From Eledone cirrhosa (taxonomy: Eukaryota), in assembly GCA_964016885.1 (NCBI GenBank), contig OZ024743.1, positions 332,010,001 to 332,074,000 on the forward strand: a stretch of 64,000 nt of DNA, in the 5' to 3' direction. The translations under genes and the position numbers were made by a program. How positions within the stretch are numbered: position 1 is the first letter of the stretch; every line of letters starts with the position of its first letter. Below are positions 52,084 through 64,000 of this stretch, piece by piece. Under the pieces are notes generated by a model. The model did not search any database. It was not told the origin of the DNA and saw only the letters and a program-made list of their open reading frames with translations.

Positions 52084-53048
52084 CAGAGATGGGGAACCTA
52101 CAGCCTTCGATGTCATTCTCTGGCTTTTTGAAAGAATCAAAAATTTCCAACAAATTTTTTATTTTTATTAAAATTGGATTGGCAGTATCAGTAAAAGGTC
52201 GGACACCATGCTTTGCAGCAAAGAGTTATGGCCCTTTATGATCTGAGTTCAAATCCAGCCAAGGTTAACTTTGCCTTTCATCCTTTGTGCCAAAAGTAGA
52301 AACAATTATTTTAATTTAAACCATAAGATGAACGTATTTTAAATACCAAACAGTAAAAGAAAATTCAACGAAATAATCCACACTGACACACACAGAATTT
52401 TTTTAATGTGTATATCATAAAGGCCTCTACGCTCATGTTTTAGTTCTTATGTGATTCTAGAATGTACATTAAATTCCCTCTTGACTGGAGCCACTATCAC
52501 CCGAGGCTGGTTGGTGAGAACCCGCACGGATTTAGTATCATTTCATTTCATTTCATTTCACGTCCACTTTTCCCTGCTTGCAAGGGTGGGACGGGAACTG
52601 ATTCTGGCTTGATTTCTACAGCTGGATGCCCTTCCTAACACCAACCTCATTTACAGTGAGTGCTGGGTGCTTTTGTTTCCGTGGCGCCTACACGTCCACT
52701 TTACAGTGTGGGCTAGGTGCTTTTTTGCCGTGGCACCTCCACGACCACTTTGCAGTGGAATGATAGGGACCCCAGTCCTATCATCTCATTCCTACAGCTG
52801 AGTAAACTGGAGCAATGTGAAATAAAGTGTCTTGCTCAAGGAAACAACACATCACCCAGTCTGAGAATTGAACTCACAACCTTTTGATTGCAAGGCCAAT
52901 GCTCAAACCACTAAGCCATGTGCCTCCATATTATACCATTTATTATTAAAATGTTAAGAATATATAACTATGGTTTCTTAAATGTGGCCTTATTATATTA
53001 CAAGTAATTTAATGTGGCCTTTCAACATGAAAAGGTTCTCCACCTCTG
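52084..53048. mobile_element. hAT-type MITE with two nested SINEs, itself inside a family 2 SINE
   Basis: TIRs cagagatggggaacct / aggttctccacctctg; flanks atctagaa/atctacac; nested SINEs 52175-52310 (+) and 52538-52926 (-). Confidence 0.75.
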
Positions 53049-53486
53049 ATCTACACTAATGTGAAATAGTGTCTTGCTCAAATACACAACTCATTTCCCA
53101 ATCTGGGTGTTGAATTCACAATCTCATGGTTGTGAATCTGATGCTCTACCCACTAAGCCATGCGCCATCAATGATTTATCGTGATCAACTATTATTATAG
53201 TCATTTTCGTTTGGACAACTACATTTCAAATTTTCCAAATGCTTTTTTTAGTCAACCAGGTGTATTTTTTATTTATTTATCTATTTCTAGTCCCGCTTTT
53301 TAAAATTTTAATAAAGAATTGAAGCGAAAAAAATAGAAATTATTTTAGGTTCTTAAAGTTTATTGAAAAATATTGTCTTTGAAATGAAAATGTACTTTAT
53401 AAAGAATTCTTCAGCATTGGCAATAAAGATTTATGGTAATCAGATGATGGGGGGGGGGGGGGGGGGTCTATTAATATTATTATTGT

Positions 53487-53960
53487 TGGTGGTAGTGTGG
53501 GGTATTGGTGGTGGTAGTGTGGGTATTGGTGGTAATAGTGTGGGTATTGGAGGTGGTAGCGTGGGTATTGGTGGTAGTTGTGTGGGCATTGGTGGTGGTA
53601 GTGTGGGTATTGGTGGTAGTAGTGTGGGTATTGGAGGTGGTAGTATGGGTATTGGTGGTGGTAGTGTGGGTATTGGTGGTAGTAGTGTGGGTATTGGAGG
53701 TGGTAGTGTGGGTATTGGAGGTAGTTGTGTGGGCATTGGTGGTGGTAGTGTGGGTATTGGTGGTGGTAGTGTGGGTATTGGTGGTGGTAGTGCGGGTATT
53801 GGTGGTAGTAGTGTGGGTATTGGAGGTGGTAGTATGGGTATTGGTGGTGGTAGTGTGGGTATTGGTGGTAGTAGTGTGGGTATTGGAGGTGGTAGTGTGG
53901 GTATTGGAGGTAGTAGTGTGGGTATTGGTGGTGGTGTTAGTGCTGGTGGTAGTAGTGATG
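53487..53960. repeat. 21-bp G-rich minisatellite (GTGTGGGTATTGGTGGTGGTA)
   Basis: About 21 tandem units. Confidence 0.95.
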
Positions 53961-54219
53961 GTGTAGTGGGGTTGTTATCTACTGTTCTTTATTACCTTCC
54001 CCCTCCCTTTACTCAATATAAACCTGAGTATGAAGCTTGTATTGCCCCTAAAATGTTGCACCTTGTGGCTAATAAAAGAATTTATCATCATTATTATTAT
54101 TACTCAATAAAATAAAGTACCAGTCATGCACTGGGGTCAATTCAATCAACATTTCCCCTCCCCCAAACTTGCTGGCCTTGTGCCTATATAAGAAACCATT
54201 ATTATTATTACTATTGAAA

Positions 54220-54582
54220 CCTAGTCAGTAGGCGCCTCTTAACCAAATATACACCCCAACCTACTACCCCTACCCTATCCTCCCACTCCCACCAACAGCA
54301 CGAGAAAATGAGATCGAGTTTGTGTAGGTGTCACGACAAAAAGCACACACAGTCCATGCTGTAATGTGGCCGTGTAGGTAACACGGTAAAAAGTTCCCAG
54401 TTCCACACTGTAAATGTGGTTGGTGTTAGGAAGGGCATCCAGCCGTAGACAACCTGCCAGATAGTCCTATATGAACGTGACACGGTCACCCAACCAGCCT
54501 TGCCTCAAGTGGGACAACTCCCGTCTAACCCATGGTAGCGTGGAAAACGGACGTTAAACGAAGATGATGATGATGATGATTA
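54220..54582 (+). mobile_element. RTE A-like 3' UTR fragment, followed by two SINE family 1 copies (54588-55010)
   Basis: cagtaggcgcctct...gttaggaagggcatccag...cggacgttaaacg(gat)n. Confidence 0.8.
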
Positions 54583-55164
54583 TCATTAGGGCGGTGAATT
54601 GGCAGTATCGGTGGAGGGTCGGACGCCATGCTTTCCAGTATAGTTACGTCTCTTTACGTTCTGAGTTCAAATCCCGTCGAGGTTAACTTTGCCTTTCATC
54701 CTTACGGGGTCGATAAAATAAAGTACCAGTAATGTACTGAGTAATTGTTGGCCTTGTGCCAAAAGTAGAAACAATTATTATTACTATCTTTAGGGTGGTT
54801 GATTGGCAGAATCAATAGAGCATCAGACACGCTTTGTGGCATATAGTTATGGCCCTTTACATTCTGAGTTCAAACCCCATTGAGGTTAGCTTTGCCTTTC
54901 ATCCTTACGGGGTCAATAAAATAAAGTACCAGTAATGAACTGGGATTGATTTAATAGACTTTCCTTTCCCAAAAAATTGTTGGCCTTGTACTTAAATCAG
55001 AAACCATTATCATCATATCGTTATAAGTCAATGAATTATCAGAGTCATGAGAGTGCCAGGCATATTTTTATTCTGGTTCCTTATATTCTGAATTTGGATC
55101 TTGCTGAGGTCAACTTTGCCTTTCATCCTTCTGAGATTGATAAAATAAATTACCTGCTATAGAT

Positions 55165-55830
55165 GGGGCTGGCTTCCCATCACAACAGAGCCAGCAGGCC
55201 TCCACTGCAGAGATGGCAAGCACCCCGACAAAATTACCCTCTTCCCATTTGAAGGAGGTAAATCCCCCATCTGGGATATCACATGTTGTGACATGTTCTC
55301 TGCCTCCAACTTAGTCACTTCAGCCACAAACACTGGTACTGTTGCTCACAATGCAGAGAACAGGAAGACAAACAAATAATTGTTTCTACTTTAGGCACAA
55401 GGCCAGCAATTACCCAGTGCATTACTGGTACTTTATTTTATCGACCCCGTAAGGATGAAAGGCAAAGTCAACCTCAGCGGGATTTGAACTCAGATCGTAA
55501 AGGGACGTAACTATGCTGGAAAGCATGGCGTCCGACCCTCTACCGATACTGCCAATCCACCCAAATAATGTGACTTGTCAAGCAGCTTACTCTATGCAAC
55601 AGTTGCTGTTGAGACCTCTGGCATCCTCAGACTCCATACTGCCAAGTCCTCTGTAAAATCGGTATGTCAGCAGCCCATCTGAGAAAGGAGCCCTGCAAGG
55701 TGGGGTAGCTGTTGCAGCAGAAGTTGCTGGCCATTGTCCGTGAAAATGCTTTTGCAGTTTTGTCTGCCTTAGGCCCAGAGCCCATCACCCACTCCCCTTC
55801 CTGCCCCCTGTCTTCTGTCATCCAAGAGTC
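55165..55830 (+). mobile_element. CRE-like RLE retrotransposon relic interrupted by a SINE (55381-55561, minus)
   Basis: DGKHPDKITLFPFEGGKSPIWDITCCD...AENRKTNK then VAVETSG...IVRENAFAVL; the SINE has 8-bp TSD caaataat (55373-55380, 55562-55569). Confidence 0.8.
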
Positions 55831-56238
55831 CTTGCTTTTTCCTTCCTTTTCCTCTCATGGTATTTAACTCGTTCAACCCAAATTGCCGGCCTTGTGCCTA
55901 AATTAGAAATTTATTTGTTAGGTGGGAAATGAACGTTAAATGATGTTATAACATCTACTACAGTACATATATATAGACCCATTACTACTGATGGATTTCT
56001 CGAGAATTTAAAACCCCTCTCTAGGTCTGAACACAGCCAATTTATTCCAAAGAAGAAGAGAGAAAAAAAGGAGAGGGCGTGGGGAATTGAGATAGAGATA
56101 TAGAGGAAGAACTAACCCCAGTACTGGACTAGTATTTCTTTTTTATCAACCTCAAAAGGAGTTTTGAAATCAGAACTAGAAGGAATACAACAAACATTCT
56201 ATATGACATTTTAACGATTGCCAATACACAGCCTACAC

Positions 56239-56544
56239 CAGAGGTGGGAACCTTTTCATGTTGAAAGGCCACATTAAGTTACCTGTAATATAGTAAGGCC
56301 ACACTCAAGAAACCTTGATTATACATAATCTACTAATTTTTAAATTCTGGCTGTCTGTCAGTGTGGATTATTTCGTTGAATATTCTTCAACTCTTTGATA
56401 TTTAAAATACGTTCATCTTATGCTTCAAATTAAAATAAGAGATAGATAAAAACATTAACAAAAATTAAAAACTGGTTGAAAATGTTCGATTCCTTCAAAA
56501 GGCCACACATAATGGCATAGAATCCTTCAGGTTACCCATCTCTG
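56239..56544. mobile_element. hAT-type MITE, uninterrupted inverted relative of 52084-53048
   Basis: TIRs cagaggtgggaacct / aggttacccatctctg; flanks gcctacac/tcctacaa. Confidence 0.75.
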
Positions 56545-57129
56545 TCCTACAATATTATTATTATTGTTATTTTTCTTAGTATCCCCACCACTGTGTTAGT
56601 ATTTTTCTCATATTGTGAACTCCCCCTCTTACCCTTCCTCCAAATCTTGATGTGCCAGAAGGAAGGAATAGTTATAAAGAATACAAAATGACTGTCATAG
56701 CTTCAGGAAAAAATAATTTCAGAAGACTTCTCTCTAATTTTTCTAAGCTTTTTTATTTATTTAACTTTTCATAACCTGTAATGACTTAGCAGACTATCTA
56801 TAAATATCATCATCATCACCATTTAACGTCCATTTTCCATGCTAACATGGGTTAGACAAGCTGTCCTATTGTGAGACAAGCCAGATCAGGTGACCATGTC
56901 ATGCTCATACAGAACTGATTTGGGCTTGGTTTCTACAGCTGGATGCCCTTCCTAATGCTAACCCCATTTACAGTGTGGCCTGGGTGCTTTTTATCATGAC
57001 AGATTTAATTCAAATGTTTATGGTATCTTTACTGGTGAACAGATTGCTGTGAAAATTTGCAGATTCAAAGTAATATGATACTATTTTCTACTTTTCAACA
57101 ATGTCTAGCTCATGTGGTTCCATGTGGTT

Positions 57130-57450
57130 AGACCCACTTCAGTCAGGAATGACCATGGGATTTGCACCTAGGAACAAGCCTGGACACGGAGTTTTTGTGG
57201 AAGAACAGCAGTCACCCATACATACCAGTCTCCACTCTCTATGCCACCAATATTGTCCAAGGGAAATTCAATAGTTGATTCAGTTTGGCACCAGTGACGT
57301 CGCAACTCATTTTTACAGCTGAGTGAACTGGAGCAACATGAAATAAAGTGTGCCTTGCTCAAGGACACAATGCATTGCCTGTTCCAGGAATCGAACTCAC
57401 AACCTCACAATTGTGAATGCAACACTCTCACCACTAAGCAACATGCCTTC
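57130..57450 (-). mobile_element. Older SINE family 2 (CORE-like) copy
   Basis: cagctgagtgaactggagcaacatgaaataaagtgtgccttgctcaagg...ccactaagc; body similar to 51880-52075. Confidence 0.75.
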
Positions 57451-57959
57451 ACATGTGGTAGAGGGCGTTGAATGTAGTTTGTATATTTCTTATTTGCCAA
57501 CATAAAGCAAAATACACACATAATGAGTGAGGCCATACCATTAATAAACCTGATTAACTTGAAAACTAGAGACCCCCCACACTCCGACACACACAAAAAA
57601 AACAGGACATTAAATTTTGTTTTTGTTTTTTTCAGCAGTTGTGTGAAAGATACGTTAAGGAGAGCTGAAATACCTGAAAGATTTTAATATTTAATGCGAT
57701 GCAGTCAATGTGTTGTTTAGCACTATGAAAAAATCTCTTGCTAATGTGGTTTCATGCGGTACAGGATGTTAAAAGTTAATTATGACACAAATAATGAGGC
57801 ATGTAAAGACAGAGTTAATTAGCTTTTTTTTTCTTTTATTATTTAATGCAGGTTTATGGGTTGATGGAAAGAAATGAATTTAAGTGTGATCACTTGGCTG
57901 TGAAATGTTAACTGGCAGGAAAGACACAGCTTAAGTATATGGGTGTATATATATGTAAC

Positions 57960-57992
<33 letters not shown>

Positions 57993-58038
57993 ATATATAT
58001 GTTTAACTATATATATGTATATATATATACATGTATAA

Positions 58039-58092
<54 letters not shown>

Positions 58093-58493
58093 TTAACTAT
58101 ATATATACATGTATAACTATAATATATATATACACACACATAAATATAGTTATACATGTATAACTATATATGTGTAAATATATATATAACTATATATATG
58201 TGTGTATATATGCTAGCGTGGAAGACGGACCCAAAACGGTGTGTGTGTATCTGTGGGTGTCATGGCCCACAAACCGCAAGTGGCCAATCTGGTTTTCTGA
58301 ATGGCATGCCTAATTCAAAAATTGCCTTGGGTTACTTTAATAGTGCAGCCCAGCTTATGATGAGTGACATCAAATGTGACCCACTGCTCGAAAAAGGTTG
58401 CCCATTCTTTGTAGATATCGTCATTATCATCATCTTTTCTACATTCGTTTTCCCATGTTTGCATGAACTGGACATTATATATATATATATATA

Positions 58494-58602
58494 TATTAAA
58501 ATAACAGATTAAAGTGTAAGCAAAGAATCGCTGCTTTCACCCTTAATGGGATCTTCTGAAAGCAGCGATTCTTTGCTTAAACTTTAATCTGTTATTTTAA
58601 TA
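58494..58602. repeat. Hairpin, 46-bp arms, 17-nt loop
   Basis: tattaaaataacagattaaagtgtaagcaaagaatcgctgctttca pairs with its reverse complement with one mismatch; next to (TA)n. Confidence 0.9.
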
Positions 58603-58691
58603 AATATTTGCTCTACGGTTCTTATATATCTGATATATATATTATCCTTATCGAGACCTCTTTGGATTTTAGTCTTCAAATTTATTATTAT

Positions 58692-58743
<52 letters not shown>

Positions 58744-59216
58744 AAATTCCGACCTCACACACTTACACCTCTCCAAGACAATGTCACTGGACCGAGATCT
58801 TTGGCGCTACACAGTAATACAGAAGACCCGCATTGCCTAAGTACAAAGCGAAACCTATAGTCAGTAGGCACCTCTTAACAAAAATACACCCCCGTCCCTC
58901 TACCCCGACCCCATCCATACCACCCCTTTCGATGTAAAGTTTTGTTGGTGCCACAACATCGAGTCCGAAATAAATGAGGTCGTGTAGGTGTCACAACAAA
59001 AAAAACACACAGTCCACGCTGTAATGTGGCATGTAGGTAACACGGTAAAAACCTCCCAGTCCACACTGTAAACGTGGTTGCTGTTAGGAAGGGCATCCAG
59101 CCATAGAAAACCCGCCAGACAGTCCTATACGAGCAAGACAACCAATCTTGCCTCAAGTAGGAAAATTCCCGTCCAAGCCCATGCAAGCGTGGAAGATGGA
59201 CGTTAAACGATGATGA

Positions 59217-59220
<4 letters not shown>
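58744..59220 (+). mobile_element. RTE subfamily A 3' fragment between (TA)n tracts
   Basis: aattccgacctcacacacttacacctctccaagacaatg matches A1 at about 21913; (GAT)n tail. Confidence 0.9.
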
Positions 59221-59253
<33 letters not shown>

Positions 59254-59264
59254 TATAATAAACA

Positions 59265-59396
59265 ACACAATATAATTATTTCATTACCAAAGGTTTCAAG
59301 AAACTAGATGTTTTGTCTGATGAACGAGCTGGATGTTTTCTTGCAAGAAACGTCTAGTTTCTTGAAACCTTCAGTAATGAAATAATTATATTGTGT
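59265..59396. repeat. Hairpin, about 49-bp arms, enclosing CTGATGA...GAAACGTC
   Basis: acacaatataattatttcattac...ctagatgttt pairs with aaacgtctag...gtaatgaaataattatattgtgt. Confidence 0.85.
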
Positions 59397-60840
59397 CTAT
59401 TATGTAATTAAATAGCTCTGTACAATACATAGAGCACTCTTCTTTCCTTTACCTTTTCTACGGAAATACTTTATATATATATATATATAATTAGCAAGTG
59501 AACACTACAATATATAACTACTCCATTACTAAAGGTTTCAGGACCCTAGATAGTGTTAACATATGTCTAGTTCGTTTTATATATAGAGCACTCTTTTTTC
59601 CTTTGCTTTTTCTTTGGAAATATTTAACATATATATCTATATATATATACATATATATACTCTTTTACCTGTTCCAGCCATCCGGCCAAGGCCATATATA
59701 TACATAGACACATACACACTGACACATATATATATATATATGCATATACACACACGCTTATATGATGATGATGATGATATATACATATATATACATATAT
59801 ACATATATATACATATATAAATATATATACATATATACACATATATACATATATATATACATATTCATTTCATTTTACGTCTGCTTTTCACTATATATAT
59901 ATATATATATGCATACACACACACACACATGCTTATATATATATATATATATATATACACAAAGTAATCAGTAAATATCCAACAGAGCCTACACCATTTC
60001 AGCTGATCTGTAACCGAAATGGTTCTTTATCTGTGTGTATGTGTGTGTGATATGTGTGTGTGTGTGTGTAATCAATTAAATCAGTTATCTTGGATCTGCT
60101 GATAAAAATCACTGGAACTGAAATTGACAAGTGGTTACCTTTGTCAGCAAGAATCAATTCAATACAGTGAAGGATGGGGGGTTACCTAAGAAGAAGAATT
60201 ATATACTCTATATATATATACCATTGTAGTGAAACATGGGCTTTGGACTGCAGAGGACATGTATAGACTGGAGAGAAATGAAGCTACCATGCTTGAGACA
60301 AAGGCAGCTTGGATGAACTGAAGGAGAAGCTGGCTTTACAAGAATCCAAGGAGTGTGCAGGAGAGAAGACTGGGTTGGTTTGGATATGTGATGCACATGG
60401 ATGATGATCGATGGGTGAAGGAGTGCCAGGAAATGCCAGTGGAAGGAAGGTGCAGTAGAGGTTGACCAAGAAAGACCTAAGCAGAGGTGGTGAGAACTGA
60501 TCCCAAATCACAGACTCCCAGAGGAAATAATGAAGAAATGTGGCAAGTGGAGAGATGCTGTGCTGAGAAGGACCTGTCCAACCCATGGAAGCATGAAAAA
60601 AAGAAAACGGATGTAAAAAACGATGAAGATGATGATAATAATGATGTTAATGTCATTGGCAGTTAAGACAGGAACTCTAACTCTTAATGTCCTGTACCAC
60701 ATTATCAAGACATTCTTGAAAAGCACAAAGCACCAATACAACTGTATCATATTGAAAATGGAAATCTTTATTTGGAATACTGTAGATTTTCACAACAATA
60801 TGCCCACTAGTAAAGATACTTTTATAAACATTTGAATTAA

Positions 60841-61059
60841 CCCTTTAACATTTAAACCAGCCATATCCGGCCAGAATTCTCTTCTTCCTGTTCAAACCAA
60901 CTGTAACTGGCCACTCATACTGATGTTAAGTTATTGTTCTCAACATAAATAATATCAAAATCTCATAGATTCAATATTATGTGAGATAATTATGTGAGGT
61001 AAAGCCTTTACCACAAAAATACAATGGTATATATATAGAGTAATGTAAATGCTAAAGGA
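60841..61059. mobile_element. piggyBac-like MITE, TTAA target duplication
   Basis: ttaa-ccctttaacattta ... taaatgctaaagga-ttaa. Confidence 0.75.
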
Positions 61060-61227
61060 TTAAACCCATTTTTAAATATGTTCTAATTATCTTAACTTTA
61101 TTACAGGGTTTGTGAGTTAATTATTTCAACTCTATCTCCTCTTCATACACATTATATCTATCATTATATACTAACCACATTATCACTCACTCTTCACACA
61201 CAATAATTATCTATATCAGATAGGGTG

Positions 61228-61947
61228 TGGTAAGAAAGCAGGTGGACCACACCAGAATACTTGATACTTGAGATAGTAGAGTTGGTAATATGAAAAGATT
61301 CAGGACCTCGATGGCTGAGCTCCGGCCATTTCGACAGCTAGATCCAAAATGATCCATTCGGATCTAGCTGTTGAAATGGCTGGTGGTCAGCCATCGGAGT
61401 CCTGAATCTTTTCATACATCTATCTATGTGTAAGAAGTTATTTCTACAGAAGTAGAAAGAAATCATCTTATGAATGAAACAGTTTTATAATAAAATGAAT
61501 ATACCTATACTCTACTAATGTGTTGAGTACCTTCTTTGACAATGGTCACCTCCCAATTTACATGTGCATTCTATATATATATACTACTATATCAAGCGTT
61601 AAACTAATATATTTCTTCATTGTACTGTATTATTTGCTTTGTTGTTTCCATTTTACTTTTTGTATATGTGTATGTATATGTGTGTGTATATACACACATA
61701 CATATATATACATATATAAAGATTCAAATCCTTCATATTACCACACTCTACTATGCCAAGTATCAAGTACTCTAGTGAGTAATGGTCTAACAGGTTTTTA
61801 CTGCATCCATTCTGATTTATATATGCAAAAAGTAAATGGAAACAACAAAGCAAACAACACAGTACAATGAAGAAATATATTAGTTTAACACTTGATATAG
61901 TACGAAAAGAGTCTTAAAGTTTCAGACACTAGTCCTTCATCAGACGA
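61228..61947. repeat. Interleaved inverted repeats with a minus-strand hammerhead-like motif
   Basis: Hairpin 61289-61416; 61257-61300 inverted at 61727-61770; 61585-61660 inverted at 61828-61902; CTGATGA-aggactagtgtct-GAAA on minus strand 61943-61920. Confidence 0.7.
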
Positions 61948-62110
61948 TAGAAACAGAAATAAATTTTTAAAAAAAATGAAATATAAAAATAGAGTGAGAA
62001 GAGGAAGGAACGGGGGGGGGGGGATTTTGAGAAAAAAAACGTGTATTCAGTCAGTCATTTATACATACACACACACACTACCCTTCATAATTCTCCCTCC
62101 ACCTCCACCC

Positions 62111-62163
<53 letters not shown>

Positions 62164-62762
62164 TCTTTTAGTGATACACTTTCAAAGAAGATGATGGGTT
62201 TGAGTGTTTTTAACACCATTACCTTTTTCTAATGACAGTACATATGATGTTGAAAATAATCAAGAATTTTGAAGGATTTAGTAATTTAATGTATACATAG
62301 CTAATATTGAAATGCATATAGATATACCGCTATTATTATTTAAATAAGTATGTTTATATACATAGATACATGTAAGTATATATATGTATATATATATATA
62401 TGTATGTATATGTAAAAGGAAAACAAAAATAACAAATAAATGGCACAGTACATGGAAGAAATATATTAGTTTAACACTTGTAATAAGGATATATGTATAT
62501 AAATATCATGAACTAAATATGTGCTTATTTATATGTGTATATGCATAAATATGAGGTCTCTCTCTCTGTCTGTCTGCTGTCTGTCTGAGGATAGTAGACG
62601 TGTGTCATGTCGCTCTGTGATTTGGATTTTTACCTGCTAATTTTGTGAGTGGATTTTTTTTGAATTATTTTGTATAATTAACTGTAACCCCTAGTCTGGG
62701 ACTCTAGACGTCGGGTAAATATATTTTCACCCCTTTTGGGGTGAAAAATAAATATTTGAGAA

Positions 62763-64000
62763 ATGTTCATCGATATCGTTGATAACGATATCGTCGAAAA
62801 CGATATCGCCATATTGGAAGCGAACGCCACGCCGACCAAAAAAACAAGCGGGAAAGAGGGAACAACAGTTCAAACTGTTGAACAACCCCTCCTCTCCAAT
62901 GAAAAAAAGAATTTCAATTCAAATGAAAAAATTAATTTTCAAGAAAAAAATAACACCACAAATAAGGAAACCAACAACATTACAACAACAAACAAAGACA
63001 AAATTTCTTTTGCCCAAACACTCAAGAGAGCCACGGAGTACAAAGCCATTGACATCACGAACGCCAAGGAAAATTTGCTAGAAGCTAGAAAATACGTATC
63101 TTTTGGGGAGGATGGTTCTTTTACGATCAACTCCCCAGAAGAAGTGCGTCAACAGATTTACAAGAATACCGTAAGCTTCAGAACCATAACCAACGAAACG
63201 AGAAAGCCAGCGCAATTGACCGAAAGTCAAATCGAGCTGGTTCTGAAAGAAATTAAAAATGACATACTCTTTATTCAAAGAGGAAAGCTGTATGCCAGCA
63301 TTATGGTCCGAATGAAGGACGAAATGCTGGCTCAGAAATATTCGGTGGCACCTATAGTGTCACCACAATACACCTTCTTCCCCACATATAAAGGAAGAAG
63401 AACACAAAGGATAAGAATGTGGAGCCCTACGCCAGAAATTAACATCTGGTCCGTCCTAACAGGATTTACCGACCTAGATAAGGACATACTAATTTCAGCA
63501 GGGGAGTCCACCAGTGGACTGTTCGGGGGGAAAAGTCTGGAGGTTCTCTTACAGATGACACCTGAGAGAATCTCCGGAATACCCGACCGAGTGCTACTGG
63601 ATGGGCGAACCTACATAAATATCACAGTGGAAGGCAGGAGACCCTCATGTTACCACTGCGCTGGCAGAGGTCACCTGAGGACGGCCTGCCCTCTACTAAC
63701 AACTAAAAAACCACTGCTACAAACACCACAACAACAACAAAAACAACCAGCACCACCATCACAAAAACAACAAAATACACTACCATCTCAACCAGAACAA
63801 CAAAAACCAACAACACCACCACCACAACAACAACAACATCAACAACAGCTCAAGAAAACAACCCAAAACACGGTCCCACCCAGCCCCACCCCACAGAACA
63901 CAAATACAAAAACAGTTCATACACAACCCGGAGATATACCCCTCCCCTCCAATACGGAAGAGGAGCTCATATCGTCGGAAGACGAGGGGGCTCCCTTCCA
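62763..64000 (+). CDS. L1/Tx1-type non-LTR retrotransposon ORF1 (gag-like, CCHC zinc knuckle), open to window end
   Basis: Manual translation from ATG 62763 gives over 410 codons without a stop; ITVEGRRPS-CYHCAGRGHLRTAC (63648-63689), then a Q/P/T-rich linker. Confidence 0.82.
   Translation, partial: MFIDIVDNDIVENDIAILEANATPTKKTSGKEGTTVQTVEQPLLSNEKKNFNSNEKINFQEKNNTTNKETNNITTTNKDKISFAQTLKRATEYKAIDITNAKENLLEARKYVSFGEDGSFTINSPEEVRQQIYKNTVSFRTITNETRKPAQLTESQIELVLKEIKNDILFIQRGKLYASIMVRMKDEMLAQKYSVAPIVSPQYTFFPTYKGRRTQRIRMWSPTPEINIWSVLTGFTDLDKDILISAGESTSGLFGGKSLEVLLQMTPERISGIPDRVLLDGRTYINITVEGRRPSCYHCAGRGHLRTACPLLTTKKPLLQTPQQQQKQPAPPSQKQQNTLPSQPEQQKPTTPPPQQQQHQQQLKKTTQNTVPPSPTPQNTNTKTVHTQPGDIPLPSNTEEELISSEDEGAPF

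Noticed and set aside
53363-54115. 250-aa glycine-rich ORF (GIGGGSV repeats) with a hydrophobic stretch
   Set aside because: 21-bp repeat is open in several frames and both strands, the N-terminus crosses a poly-G run and the end runs into a SINE; needs transcript evidence.

Overview
AT-rich eukaryotic (animal) repeat-dominated DNA with no recognisable host protein-coding gene. The SINE/LINE repertoire resembles that described for octopus/cephalopods (inference). Contents: (i) three large minisatellites (14-bp, 1-7295; 31-bp, about 13.5-14.7 kb; 17/20-bp, 39.4-46.5 kb), two with higher-order structure; (ii) an 11-kb pile-up (20.6-31.7 kb) of six 5'-truncated RTE-clade LINEs of two subfamilies plus partner SINEs, each separated by (TA)n tracts, whose reverse transcriptase carries a C4HC3 PHD-type finger; (iii) Penelope-like remnants with minimal hammerhead-ribozyme motifs and a series of fold-back palindromes (largest about 620 bp, 31740-32360); (iv) relics of a Helitron, two CRE-like RLE retrotransposons, hAT- and piggyBac-type MITEs, a tRNA-Ser-derived retrocopy and many tRNA-derived SINEs; (v) an uninterrupted L1/Tx1-type ORF1 with a CCHC knuckle starting at 62763 and running off the window end, absent from the ORF track. 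Most long ORFs in the track are translations of simple repeats. All calls were made by eye; boundaries are approximate.
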